Shown piece after piece: positions 21,125 through 32,665 of a DNA stretch of 64,000 nucleotides. Made by a program: the position numbers and the translations under genes. How positions within the stretch are numbered: position 1 is the stretch's first letter; every line of letters starts with the position of its first letter. Below the pieces are notes generated by a model. The model was not told the DNA's origin and did not search any database. It saw only the letters and a program-made list of their open reading frames with translations. Source of the DNA: an uncultured Spirochaetota bacterium (GTDB lineage: Bacteria > Spirochaetota > Spirochaetia > SZUA-6 > Fen-1364); assembly GCA_963781885.1 (NCBI GenBank), contig CAWAHW010000004.1:744800-808799 (forward strand), read 5' to 3'.

Positions 21125-21408
21125 GAGACTCTCCGCAAAGGCAAGGGCGGCAAGGTAGCATCTGATAGTCCGTTAAGCAGGTATTGCCAGTATGACCAGG
21201 AGCGAGGACGGAATTGTCCCGCCTCGGCATTTTGCAGCGTCTGACGCAGCGCATCCTCACCAACGATACCCACTAGTTTGTGAATATCCTCAAAAGTGCC
21301 GATGTCCATGATCCGGGCGATGACCCGCTGCGGGTATTCCATGGCCTCTTCCGGTGGAAGCCACCAAGTATAGCTTCTTGCCAGCTCAAGCAGTCTTGGA
21401 TCACTCAT
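21121..21408 (-). CDS. putative cognate antitoxin
   Basis: YTWW...RVIARIMDIGTFED...SWSYWQ; 4-bp overlap with toxin. Confidence 0.7.
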   Translation of the reverse strand: MSDPRLLELARSYTWWLPPEEAMEYPQRVIARIMDIGTFEDIHKLVGIVGEDALRQTLQNAEAGQFRPRSWSYWQYLLNGLSDATLPPLPLRRVS

Positions 21409-21620
21409 TTCTTTGTACCCGCGTGATCCGGGGGCTTGTTCGGATAGACGGTAAATGATCCGTCTTTGTTTTCCCTGATGTAGGCCGTCATGCCTTTCAC
21501 GAGGCCCAGAGAGCGCACCAAGTCAGCAGGGAGACTCATTCGCATAGATTGTGCAAATGTGCCATTATTCGCTTGGAAAGTAGAGGCAAACAGACCTGAT
21601 TCTGTTTTTGATTTCCCCAT
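21405..21620 (-). CDS. AbrB/MazE-type DNA-binding protein
   Basis: SMRMSLPADLVRSLGLVKG; promoter TTGACA-17-TACTAT on - at 21655-21627. Confidence 0.7.
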   Translation of the reverse strand: MGKSKTESGLFASTFQANNGTFAQSMRMSLPADLVRSLGLVKGMTAYIRENKDGSFTVYPNKPPDHAGTKK

Positions 21621-21752
21621 GATCGTATAGTACCCGCTGCCTATCGGGTTGTCAAGGCGAGGCGCGTCAAGTATCGAATCAACGATCGCAAAGAGCGGGC
21701 AAGAATATTTTTGGATTCGTATGCCAAGCGAAACCAGGCCAGACCTTCCCCA

Positions 21753-24700
21753 TCACCCAAGCTCCTGCTCAATTCCACTTTTTCCATAGGAGGCCACAGG
21801 ATCGCGTGCCCTGGAAAGGTCCACTTCTTTTCGTAGCCTCACAGCAATGCCGTTGAAGATATAAAACCGCCTTACCCTTTCTCTAACGCCGCTCAAACCG
21901 CCTTCGCCACCAAGATACTTCTCAAGCCCCGAAGCTGTGATCAGGTAGGCCCCGTACTTCACTCCCTCCGGCTCCAATATCTTTTTTACAAGGACATCTC
22001 CAGCACAGATAGTGCCCTTGTTTCTCACATATGAACCGGCAAGGCCATCCCCATTCCCCTCGATCCAGGTCGGTCCTTTTTCGTCAAAGTCCCGTATTGC
22101 CTCTTCTACGATATTCATTGCCCTTTCGGCTCGAAGGCATTCTTCGTTGAGCGCCTTTTCGAGGTTCGCAATAATCATTCCAGGTAGTTCAAGTCCATAG
22201 AGATTCTTTGTCTTTTCCAGAACTTGCTCTACCGTAGTGAGGGCTTCCTCGTCCTTTCTCGGCATCATGACCGTCACGATGCTATTGAGATATCGTTCTA
22301 TCTCCTCACTTACCTTATCCGCGGGCCATGTTTCAAGGCCTTCCCAATCAATTCGACAGTCTTCGCTCCTGTCTTTGTTTTTCTCGTTGTGCTCCTGGAT
22401 GGCCTGGACTACCACTTTGTAACGTGCTTCCTTTTCATTCAGTTCTGCGGTTTTGCTGAACTCACTCGATGCCATTTTTTCAAGTCCAGGCCTGGTCGAC
22501 ACCCTGCTTTTCAGCATCTTCTCTTGGTAGTCCAGCTTGCCGTCCATGCCCTTATAGATAGAATGGTGAAAAGATCGTATGAGGCCGATGGGATCTGAAT
22601 CCACCCTTATATCCGAACCATAGGCATAGAATGTGGCTTTCACATATATTTCAGCAAGGTGATTTTCCCACAATCCGTTTACGCGAACCATGACTGGGTA
22701 GCCCGCATAGGTTCCTACCACTTTCTCAGCCTCTTTTTGGCTTGCCCGTGCCTTCTCATTCAATAGCTTCGCTTCCCTCAATATCTCAAGCCCTGCTTCC
22801 CGCCTTTCCCCGTACTCTCGCCCATTTATGACCATGATGAACTCTTCCCCTTTTGACTCCGGCGCCCTCAGGGATATGTCCTTCCTTATCTTCTCGGTTT
22901 CTTCTTTGAGCCGCTTGGTCTCAGAGGGCAGCAGACTCAGTTGACGCGCGGCGCTTGCCACTTCGTTTCGGAATCCCTTCTGAAACGATTTTAGCTTTTT
23001 GACCGCATGATCCAGCTCAATCGCCTCTTTCATCAGAGGATTGTCTATCGAAAGCTCTTTCACGCTGCCGTAGTAGTTTTCTTCTATCTCCCGCGTGGCC
23101 TTGTCCGAACCATCCATAACTTGGCGAATGGCGATAGCCTTTGTTTCCAAGACATTCCACAGGCCAGTATCCAGCGATCCCTTTGTCACCATGTTATACA
23201 CGTCAAGGGTTCCTGTTGTGTTGCCTTGCCTGTAGCCACGGCCATTCTGCTGTTCGATGTCCCGCGGCCTCCAGGGCGCATCCACATGAACTATCGATTT
23301 CAGCAGTCTCTGAAAGTTCACCCCTGCGCCCATGGTTTCGGTACTCCCGAAAACAATCCGCTTCTTTCCCTCATTTACATCGACCGACAGAAGGTATCGA
23401 TCCTCAAAGGTCTTGCACTCCCGCATGTCACCGATCTCTTGTGGATCTACACCAAGTGAAATCAAACCTGCCTTCATCTCCGCCACAGCATCGAATCTCA
23501 GGCTTCCATCTTCGGAGAAGCTTCGCGGTTTGTCAAAGAACACCGCGGTGGTGTACCTATCCTTCTTGTGTCTATCATAGATCTCATAGATCTTTCGAAT
23601 GCTCATATTGAGCTTTGACTTGGGATCGTTGGGCAGGCTGGGGTGAATCAGCCTCATGTCGATGGCGGCCTTCCTGCCGTCGGTCATTATCGAGAGAATA
23701 TTGTCCGCACCCTTCTCTGCCCTTCCTGAAAGCTTGCTTTCTCTTTCCTGCAAGTACCGTAGATACGACTTCATAAGCGGCGAAGCAGGGGCTGCCTCAT
23801 TCTTTTGATTCAGATTGGGCAGGTTCACACCAGGTACAAAAATCCCACTCGCCTCGAGGTTGTGAGCCGTCTGAATGTCCCAACACTGGCGCAGGCTTGT
23901 GACTAGCTCTGGAACATTCACGATCTTCGAAAACCGCGTTACAGGCACGTACCCCGTTCCTGTATTGTTCAGCTCCATCTGCGTAACGGTTTCCGCGTAC
24001 TGCCTTGCCCATTCGTCAAACGCTTCCAGCCTGTTTGCCTTCAGTACTTCAGGCTGCAAAAACCGCTGCATCGTGTAGCCTTCAACGAGTGTATTCGATA
24101 TGGGCGTTCCGGTGGCGAAAACTACCCCACCGTCGATGCTCTGGATGTACCTGACCTTCAACATCATGTCGAACGCCCTGTCGCTTCCCAGCGCAGAGCC
24201 GAGGCCTCGAACGTTAGTCAATTGCGTGTAGTATTCAAGGTTCTTGTAGATGTCCGCCTCATCGATCATCAGTTGATCGACTCCAAGCTTATCGAACGGA
24301 ATCACTCCTTCATCTTGCCTTATGTCAGATAGCTGCTTGATCTTTTCTTCATACCGCTTGATAGCCTTTTCGGCATCCTTAGTCGATCTGGATCTTCGTC
24401 TGCCGGAACTTCCATCCGTCTCAGACAGGATCTGCCTATATTCGGAAATCTTTGAGTAGAAAAAGTCCTTCTGAAGCTCTTTGCTCACCGGGATCATCTT
24501 GAAAGATTCCGCCCTGATCACCACCGCATCCCAATCCCCAGTGGCGATCTTATTGATAAAGGTCTTTCGATTGTCCTTGTGCCAGTTCTGGTCATCGGCG
24601 ATGAGCAGTTTGGCGTTGGGATAGGCTGCTCTGAAATTGTCGGCCCACTGCCCGATGAGATGGTCAGGACAAACAATCATCGGCTTTGCCCTTAGGCCTA

Positions 24701-27597
24701 GCCGCCTTAGTTCCATCGCGGCGCATATCATTTCAAGTGTCTTGCCCGCCCCTACGCTATGAGCCAACATCACGTTTTTCTGTTGCAGGATTCGCCACAC
24801 CGCGTCGGCCTGGTGTGCCCTCAATGGGTAAGGGAAATTGCAGCCACTGAAAAATACCTTAGCCGCTGGGTCAACCAGTCTCTCAGGATATGTGAATGTC
24901 CGTTCTACATGGCTATTGAAGACCTCGTTATACCTCTTGGCAATGTCAGTTGCCCGCTCGTTATCTGCCCATATCCAGTCCATGAAAGCGGTGTTTATCG
25001 CCTCAGCCTTGCTTTCCACAAGTGCCGTTTTCTCAGGATTCAGCACAGGGTTGCCCTTCTCATCCTTGTCGAAAACCTTCACGGGCTTTCCGTTCATCAT
25101 CAAATTGATGATTTCAACGGCATCAAGGTCCTGGGTCCCGAACTCCTGGTTTCTCTTGTTCCAGTCCGTTCGCCAGGCATTTATCTCCCATCTTCCATTA
25201 ATGCTCAAATGCTGGATATCAATGTCTTCATCGCTTGCATCCAGAAGGGATGAGATAAACGACTGAATGTGCGCCTCACCCACTATGGGGGAATTGATCC
25301 TGATTGAAATCTCCTCTGGCCCAAGGGGTGCAGGCTGCACTTTCCGCAACGCAATCACATTTCCCATAAATAGGCTTGGCTGCATATCAGCCATCTTTTC
25401 TGCGATCTCAAGCTTCACCCTGACGTTGCCTGAAAGATACTCATCCGATGTAAGATGCCGTATGGTCTGGCTCGTCTGATACTCTTCGGGGTCAATGTAG
25501 ACCATACCCCCTGCAATCAATGCTGCCAAAAGCTGCTCCCGATCCGTGCCCGTGATTGCTTCCATGTATGCTTCGTTCAAGTGGCCGAACCTCGAAAGGG
25601 AGAGAATCAAAGCGTCGGTGGGGTTCTCTGCCGAAGTGACATAGGCTTTCCTTGCAAAAGATATGCCCTTGAATATGTCTGCTTTCGCGGCAATCTTTGC
25701 CTTGGCATTCCAGTTCTCAAGGGAGCAGAGGAGCGTTGCATCAGGATCCTTGTGAATGAGACGCCAATTCTTCTTCTCGTTTAGGAATCCATGCTCTGCA
25801 ACAAAGCTGTCATACAATGCGTTGAGACGAGTGAGCTCTTGCTGAACATCCAGCGGTTGATCGTTATGGTAGTGTTGTATTGCTTTCTTGGCTGACTCCT
25901 TTATCGTTACCATTTTCATGATGCACTGTATTTTCTCTCTGTTTGCCGCCTCATCTTCGTAGAGCGATGATAGCTCGACCACTCCCGTTAGCGGGTGTTT
26001 CTGATATAACCTCGTATCATCGCCAATTACGTAGCTCCCGTTTGAAAGTCCCTCCCCGCTTGCACTCGGCACGGGGCTTCCCTTCTTCTCCAGCTCCCTC
26101 GTGCGTTCCTCCACTATGACGGACATGAGGTTCTCGGGAAGAAGCGCGATCACTTTGTCTATTTCGCCATACAGATCCTCATATTCGGAAGTCACGGTGT
26201 ACTCATTTGCCTTGTACATCGTGCCGGCCAGCTCCGCTCGGCCCAGGACAAATTGAGGGTTGTCAATGAAAAACTGGTTTACATGAACCTTCGCCAGTCC
26301 GCCTTTCCCGGGAAGCTCCATCTCTCCCGCTAGGACAAACTTCCGCGTCAGCTCCGTAGGTTCTCGCCCTTCAACTCTCTTCTGCAAGAAGACAATATCG
26401 GTGACAACCTCAGTATTCGCGATTTCTCTGGAATGTATTGTTCGGAAGTCGGATCGCACCTATGAAATCAGCCACTTGGGCAATCTTTTCTCGAACTTCC
26501 TTGGATTCCTTGTCCATTGTGTAGCGACTGGTGATAAAGGCAACTATTCCGCCCTGCCGTGTGCCATACAGGGACTTCAGGAAATAGAAGTCATGCAAGG
26601 CATACCGACCATCGAGGCCAGGGGTCCTGGTCTTGCTGTCTTCGTAGGGCTTTACCTCAGAGAAGGGAACGTTGGAGAGGACCAGATTGTAGCGGTTGGC
26701 CTCTATGCGAACATCTTCATAGGGCATGATCCGAATGTCGGCGGACTGGTACAGATGTTGGGCAATCCTGCCTGAGACCGTGTCCATCTCGATGCCGTGC
26801 ATTTCGATGGCCGCCTCAAGCGGACGAACACCGAAGAAATGACCGACCCCCGCGGCAGGTTCGAGCGTAGGTCCTCCGCTATACCCAAGCCTTCTCACGG
26901 CTTTCCATATACATCGCGCTATTTCAGGGTCCGTGTAGTGTGCGTTTAATGTCGATCGTGAGGCCGAGCGGTATTCTTGTTCACTAAGAAGGTCTTTAAG
27001 CTCATGGAAGCGTTCATTCCACCTTCCCTCTTGCCCTTCCTTGAAGGCTTCTGCCAACCCTCCCCATCCGATGTATTTGACGAGGACGGCCTGCTCCTCG
27101 GAGGTTGCGTATCGGCTTTCCCGCTCTAAAAGCTTTAGAAGCCTGATTGCAGCGACATTCTGCTCGTACTTTTCGACTTTCCCGCCTACCCCTACCTTGT
27201 CACCAACATTTATCCGATAGTTTCCCCGATCGTCAGTATGCCCGTTTCTCAGCTCCCCAGAAGATCGTGCTGCGCCTCCTCTGGGCCTATCAGGATATAT
27301 TTCGGGAGCACGATCTCCAGCGCCTCGTTGTGCCTCATCCCCTGATCCGAGACCAGAGACAGAAGTTCCTCTTCGGCCATCCGTGCCACGCTCACCAGAT
27401 GCTCCTCCAACTTCCCCTCCCTCTCCAGCCGGCGGTAGAGCGTCGGGAGATACCTCATGCGGTGCCCTCTTGCCATCTCTACGAAGTTGTCCATCTTCTT
27501 CCTCCGCGGAATCTCCTTCCTCATCGGTGTTGAGGAGGTCCCCAAATAGATTAAGCTGCGTTTCATCATCTTGAGCTTTCCCTTTGCGCTTTGCCAT
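21753..27597 (-). CDS. DarB-like N6-adenine methyltransferase + SNF2 helicase (frameshift near 26430)
   Basis: NAHYT; LEPAAGVGHF; LSNVPF; YLSGNVRVKL; LAHSVGAGKT; IDEADIYKNL; ATGTPISN; QQNGRGYRQGN. Confidence 0.88.
27249..27494 (-). CDS. TnpV-like small protein nested out of frame in the helicase 5' end
   Basis: RBS GGAGG; MDNFVEMARGHRMRYLPTLYRRLEREGKLEEHL...ALEIVLPKYIL. Confidence 0.5.
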   Translation of the reverse strand: MDNFVEMARGHRMRYLPTLYRRLEREGKLEEHLVSVARMAEEELLSLVSDQGMRHNEALEIVLPKYILIGPEEAQHDLLGS

Positions 27598-27693
27598 TGT
27601 AGTCCAACTCCAAAAGAGATTGTAGTAGGCCCATTTATCACAGAAGGGGATCCCGCGCTTGGCAAGACCCCCTTCTTTTCAGGCTGCTTCGGC

Positions 27694-28074
27694 CTATAGC
27701 TCCACTCCTGCCTCTTGGTTCCTTGATGCGGCTTTTTCACGATTCAGCTCGCGCGGCTCTACCTTGTTTGCTTCGATGAGAACCATGTTGTGCTGCTTTC
27801 CTTCAGCGTCCGTCCACTGTTCCTGTCCGAGTGAACCTTCGATATGGATGGGTTCGCCCTTACGCATATCAGCCACTGCATCAGCGATCGTATTCCACGC
27901 CTTTACGTCGATGTAGCTCGTCTTCTCCTTCCATTCGGGGTCCTCTCGGCCTTTGTAATACCGATTGCTGGCGATACGCATCGTGGCAACCCGCATGCCA
28001 CCGTCAAGCAGTTTGATCTTGGGTGCCTCTACCAACCTTCCATCGATGTTCACCTGGTTCAGATCGCTTGCCAT
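27694..28074 (-). CDS. ssb: single-stranded DNA-binding protein
   Basis: LNQVNIDGRLVEAP; SYIDVKAW; KGEPIHIEGSL; OB-fold pattern. Confidence 0.9.
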   Translation of the reverse strand: MASDLNQVNIDGRLVEAPKIKLLDGGMRVATMRIASNRYYKGREDPEWKEKTSYIDVKAWNTIADAVADMRKGEPIHIEGSLGQEQWTDAEGKQHNMVLIEANKVEPRELNREKAASRNQEAGVEL

Positions 28075-28200
28075 CCCTTTGCCTCCTGTTGATTCAGATA
28101 GTGGTTCAACTTCGTGAACCGCAGTTTCTCGTTATTCCCACGTTAGAAGATCAATTCGATGTCTGGCCCTTTCCTCCCCTCACCCTTCTCGATTCCCTTG

Positions 28201-28566
28201 TCAGATTCCTTCGCGCTGGTAATCCCTGCAATCTGTACTGACCTTTTTAGGTTTCCGAAGCTTATCCAGCTCATCCTCATGGAAGTACTCGGCGGCACTC
28301 TCTACCACTTTCATGTTGCACTCGATCTCTTGGAATAGCTCTTGCCGATGTTCTTCGCTTGAGATTGTGCATCCGTTGGAGATGAAGCGGAAAAGCGGGC
28401 TTCTCAATAAACTGCCACGCCATTCCCTGGCCGTCTTTTGCGCCTGCAGAGCATCAGGTTTCCAGGGGTCATAACGAAACGGAGCCTCTTTATCGTCTTT
28501 ACCCATCAAGTCCTCCAGCGTTATTGCCGGTCTCGCTCGTGAATCTCGCAGCACTCTCCAAGGCAT
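28201..28566 (-). CDS. hypothetical protein (probably frameshifted)
   Basis: Co-oriented ORF in the operon upstream of ssb. Confidence 0.4.
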   Translation of the reverse strand: MPWRVLRDSRARPAITLEDLMGKDDKEAPFRYDPWKPDALQAQKTAREWRGSLLRSPLFRFISNGCTISSEEHRQELFQEIECNMKVVESAAEYFHEDELDKLRKPKKVSTDCRDYQREGI

Positions 28567-28593
28567 TCATGTCTTCTCTGATCCATCCTGTCA

Positions 28594-29351
28594 TCAAGAA
28601 GGCAGGCGGGGACCGAGAACCGATCCAGCGCCTCCATTCGTGGCCGCGCACATATGTTTGTTCTTTTCCTCCTCACGGGGGGCAATGCTCGGAGGATGCA
28701 TGACAGAAATTCCTGAAAAATCTTTGCCAACTTGCCCAGCAGGCGACCAATCCCAACTTCCAAGACTTGAGGGCATTCTCGCGCCAGTTTCTTGCTGCCC
28801 CTGCAATCGTTCCAGTCTGTGGCGGGCTTTCTGCATTTTCATTTGCGAATCCTGCCTCATCTTCTTTGATGATTGCTTCTTTCCATGCATTGCAGCTAGG
28901 TGCGTGGCGGCATTGCAGTTCATAGAGACGACCCAGTCTGCCGTGTTCCGTCCTTGCATGAAGGCTTCTGTCTTCCTATTTCCAGTAAAAGGCCACCAAC
29001 TCGAAATGATTGATCGGCAACCTTCTCCTTCATAAGCTCGTCGGCCTCGCTAAGGATCGCGGCCATTCTTCCCTTATGCCTTTGGCACTCTTCTTGTAGC
29101 CCAGCGGATAGTCTGCTCGTTGCGTCTTTTGAGAGAGCAATCTTTTTTTCAATGAGGGTTAAGATGTTGCCTTCCCCTATAATCTCCTTCATGAGCTTCT
29201 CTACCCGAGCCGCCCTGATCTCGTTCTGGGCAAGCGCCTTACTCAACATGACCGCCGCTACCTGAGAGGCGGTCTTGGTGGGGCTGCCGCTTCTTTCCCA
29301 TTTCCTTACCCAGCCTCTGATGATGTCCAAATCAATCATTAATCCCGTCAT
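28594..29351 (-). CDS. hypothetical coiled-coil protein (two fragments, probable frameshift)
   Basis: ORFs 28920-29351 and 28594-28959; RBS GGAG before 29351. Confidence 0.45.
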
Positions 29352-29551
29352 GGTTGTCGCTCCATTCGAACAAGTTGTTTCGCACGGGACTTGCTTTCAT
29401 GTAACTTTTTCATTATCGCTGGCCCAGACTACCTCTGGGCCAGCCTTCATCCGCTTCTATCTGTCAGTCCCAGGCAATGATTATTGGCCAAGACTTCGTA
29501 AGGATTTGCGAACCGTTGTGAGTAACGACAAGGTACAAGGTCCCTGTGGTC

Positions 29552-31201
29552 CTAGTACCCCCCGATCAGAGCCCAGCCGGCGCTGTAGTTGAAGGTGTAC
29601 ATATTGTCACTCACCGTTCCGTAGGTCAGATTCCCGCCGTCGTTCTCTCCCTGGTAATTCCATGTGTAGGCTATGCCCGTTGCCCCGCTCTGGCTTGGAG
29701 TGCAGGTGAGGGTTATTGAACCGCCCTGGTTTGCGATCTGAAGTGCTCCGGTGGATAACTGTTGGGACAGCACGCTTGACTGACCGTTTGAGAAGGAGGC
29801 GGTGACATTGGCGCTCAAGGTGGTGAAGCTGTAGGCGCATCCAATGTTTGCCGTCGCGTCGGTGGTTGATGCGGTGATGTTTGCCTGCCCCTCTTGATGC
29901 GGCGTTACAGTAATCGTGTGGGTGGAATTGTTCACACTTACTGTGGCAACCGAACTGTTATCGGATGTCACGTTAACCGTGGTACCAGGAGGCGATACGC
30001 TGTAATTCACCGTCGTCGCCCCATCGCTTGGAGCTCCATTTATGCTTGTCTGGGACAGCGTGAGAGACCTGTCCCATTTGGAGGTGATGCTCAAGCTATC
30101 AGAGGTCATCCCATCCGCCAGCGTCGCCTTTAGCGTAGCCGTCCCTTCCTTTATTAGGGTGACAGTGACCTGCTTTGCACCGCGGTTGTCCGAATAGCTT
30201 GCGACATTCACATCACTCAACGACCAATTGATGCTCATCGTGGCAGGGCTATAGTCATAGCCAATGGTGAAGGTGTTTCCCGGATATCCTGAGACGGCCC
30301 CTGTCTGAAAGGCCATCTTCTTGTTTGACTGCACGATCACGTCGCACTGAGCTACCTGCGTGCCGAATACCGCAAACACCGTACCCTGCCCAGCGCTATT
30401 GGCTATCAGGTTCACCAACGCTCCGTTTCCGGCGACTGTAAGGAAGTTGCTGTCCGTCCCTGTTGCTGCGCGAACCGACCACTGAATCGAGGCGATATCC
30501 GATGTTGAGCCACCCGCGATTGAGGCATCCAGCTCCTGGATGTCTCCTGGGTTCATCATGAAGTTGTTCTTGCTGAGTTGTAGCGCCTTCGTCGATCCGT
30601 CAACCTTGATTGAAATAGAGAAGGTTGAGGTGGACATCGGATGACTGAGGATGATCTGCGTCGTTGCCGCTTTGAGAGCTGTAACGACGGCATTCGGCCC
30701 CTGGCCAAGGATTTCAAGGACACTGGGATCCTTAACCTGCCACTGAATGCCATTCTGATCTTGGTCGCTTCCTCCCACAAGCTGTGCTGAGATGCTTCTG
30801 GAGTCCCCTGGGGCCATGAGGATCACGGTTTCTGAGCTTGTGATGTAGGCGCCACTTCCTGAGCCACTTGATGGCACCACATTGCAGAGCACCTGGGTTT
30901 GTTTGTCCCCGATCGTTGCCGTCAGGGTCGTAGAGCCCAGGTGCTTTCCCGTGATGAGGCCAACCTTGCTGGTACCGTAGACATCAGCGTAGTAGTCGTC
31001 TTTGACTTTCCATGAGACCTCCCCCGCGGCCCCTGGCGGATCTGTGGTGACATTCACGGTCACCTGCTCTCCAGGTCCTACCGTGAGGTATGCTGGGTCC
31101 ACCGTTATGCTTGCGATACCTGTCGTGTCGTTAGGCACGAACAAATAGCAGCCCGAAAGCATCACGCCCAACACGACTGCGAAAGCCAAACCCTTTTTCA
31201 T
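29552..31201 (-). CDS. lipoprotein with tandem bacterial Ig-like (Big_2-like) repeats
   Basis: Lipobox LSGC; repeats of WxVxDxxV..G..TL.AT; Ser/Thr-rich beta composition; overlaps trbI stop. Confidence 0.75.
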   Translation of the reverse strand: MKKGLAFAVVLGVMLSGCYLFVPNDTTGIASITVDPAYLTVGPGEQVTVNVTTDPPGAAGEVSWKVKDDYYADVYGTSKVGLITGKHLGSTTLTATIGDKQTQVLCNVVPSSGSGSGAYITSSETVILMAPGDSRSISAQLVGGSDQDQNGIQWQVKDPSVLEILGQGPNAVVTALKAATTQIILSHPMSTSTFSISIKVDGSTKALQLSKNNFMMNPGDIQELDASIAGGSTSDIASIQWSVRAATGTDSNFLTVAGNGALVNLIANSAGQGTVFAVFGTQVAQCDVIVQSNKKMAFQTGAVSGYPGNTFTIGYDYSPATMSINWSLSDVNVASYSDNRGAKQVTVTLIKEGTATLKATLADGMTSDSLSITSKWDRSLTLSQTSINGAPSDGATTVNYSVSPPGTTVNVTSDNSSVATVSVNNSTHTITVTPHQEGQANITASTTDATANIGCAYSFTTLSANVTASFSNGQSSVLSQQLSTGALQIANQGGSITLTCTPSQSGATGIAYTWNYQGENDGGNLTYGTVSDNMYTFNYSAGWALIGGY

Positions 31202-32664
31202 CTGTTCTCTCCTTCCTTCTTGGGAATCGAATACTTCTCGGTGACCTTCCGTTGGCTTGCGGGGGGCATGATGATGTCGGAATTGACAAACACCTGCACC
31301 TTCGCCCCCTGTTTGACAATGATTGTGGGCTGTATGTTCATGGCGTTGGACGTGTACTGCGTGCCAACTTGATCGATTCCGGCCGTAACCGAGTTCGCCA
31401 CGTCGCTCAAGCCTTGGGTGTTTGCCGTCTTTATCGAGTACTGAAGCTGGCCGTCGATTATGCTAAAAAGCGCCATAAGCCCGATGCCTTTGGCATATTC
31501 CCACCAGTGCTGATCGACGTACCCTGGATATCCACTCATCCCTTGAGGATCCACGCCGTTCATGTTTGCAAGCTGAAGACTCAATCCGTCGGGCCGTATA
31601 AGCCGCTGCCAGGCAACCTGTACCCTGCTTTGGCCGAACGATACGTTGCTGCTGTACTGGGCCAAGAGTTTTGAGCCCTGTGGAATGAGAAGGTTCTTCC
31701 CGCTCACCGAATCAAAAACATTTTCAGATACCGTTGCCAGCAGATCGCCAGGAAGGTCCGTGTTGATGGCTGTTTCAAGTGCCGCAGGTATTATCGTGCC
31801 TGCGAAAATGGTATAGGGCAAAAGTGCCGGGTCCGCCGGTCGTCCGACGTTTGGCGCCGATGACTCCGCCTGTGCCTGAGAAAACGAACTCTTGCTCTGT
31901 TGGTCGTTGAAGTCGCGGTATATCTGCCCTGGGGTATAGCTCGCCTGAGAGGTTGCGCCTCCTACGAGATTCTGCGGTTGTATTCCTGGAGCCGCGGCCG
32001 TGACCGCTGCAGGATTGGAGGTCCGATCGGAAGAGGATTGCACCGTTGAGCTATTGATCTGTGCCGATGAGCCGGTGGTAAGCCCGGCTGTCAGCTTGGT
32101 GGCCACTTCCATCGGCGCTCGCCGGGCGGCGGCCTCCGCTTCTACTTTCGCCTCCGCTGCCGCTGCACCCTGGTAATCACGGGTTGCCACGTTTGTGGAA
32201 TCCGCCCCTGCAGCGCGAGATGAGGAAGTGCTTCCACCTGTAGTTCCCTGGTATCCGACGAAAGGGTTTCCGACATTCGCAGGTCTTTGGTATCCCGAAC
32301 TGCTGGTAGCAGCGGCGACAGTCGTACTTGCCTCTGGCATTTTCAGTGCCATTTCTTTCACGTCTTGCGGAATCGTGTCGTTGGCGTAGACAGGGCTTCC
32401 ATCGGAGTTGGCTTGTTTGGAAGCTTTTTCACTCGGGAGAAAATTAAGGACGAGCAGCCCGATCCCAAGGGCTCCCGCCACCCCCAATATGAGCCTCTTG
32501 TTGAGCCTTCCCATGGGCTTGCTCTTCCCAATGACTGCCTCAGGCGATGCCTTACCCTTGGACGCCGCCCCTTCGGCTCCCTCTTTGGCAAGCCCTCCCA
32601 GTTTTGCACCCGCATCGCCCTTCTCATCAGGCATCTGCGTCTCACTCGCTTCAGGGCTGCTCAT
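31198..32664 (-). CDS. trbI: TrbI/VirB10
   Basis: AGTIIPAALETAINTDLPG; LLIPQGSKL; RVQVAWQRLIRPDG; IQPTIIVKQG. Confidence 0.92.
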   Translation of the reverse strand: MSSPEASETQMPDEKGDAGAKLGGLAKEGAEGAASKGKASPEAVIGKSKPMGRLNKRLILGVAGALGIGLLVLNFLPSEKASKQANSDGSPVYANDTIPQDVKEMALKMPEASTTVAAATSSSGYQRPANVGNPFVGYQGTTGGSTSSSRAAGADSTNVATRDYQGAAAAEAKVEAEAAARRAPMEVATKLTAGLTTGSSAQINSSTVQSSSDRTSNPAAVTAAAPGIQPQNLVGGATSQASYTPGQIYRDFNDQQSKSSFSQAQAESSAPNVGRPADPALLPYTIFAGTIIPAALETAINTDLPGDLLATVSENVFDSVSGKNLLIPQGSKLLAQYSSNVSFGQSRVQVAWQRLIRPDGLSLQLANMNGVDPQGMSGYPGYVDQHWWEYAKGIGLMALFSIIDGQLQYSIKTANTQGLSDVANSVTAGIDQVGTQYTSNAMNIQPTIIVKQGAKVQVFVNSDIIMPPASQRKVTEKYSIPKKEGENR

Positions 32665-32665
32665 C

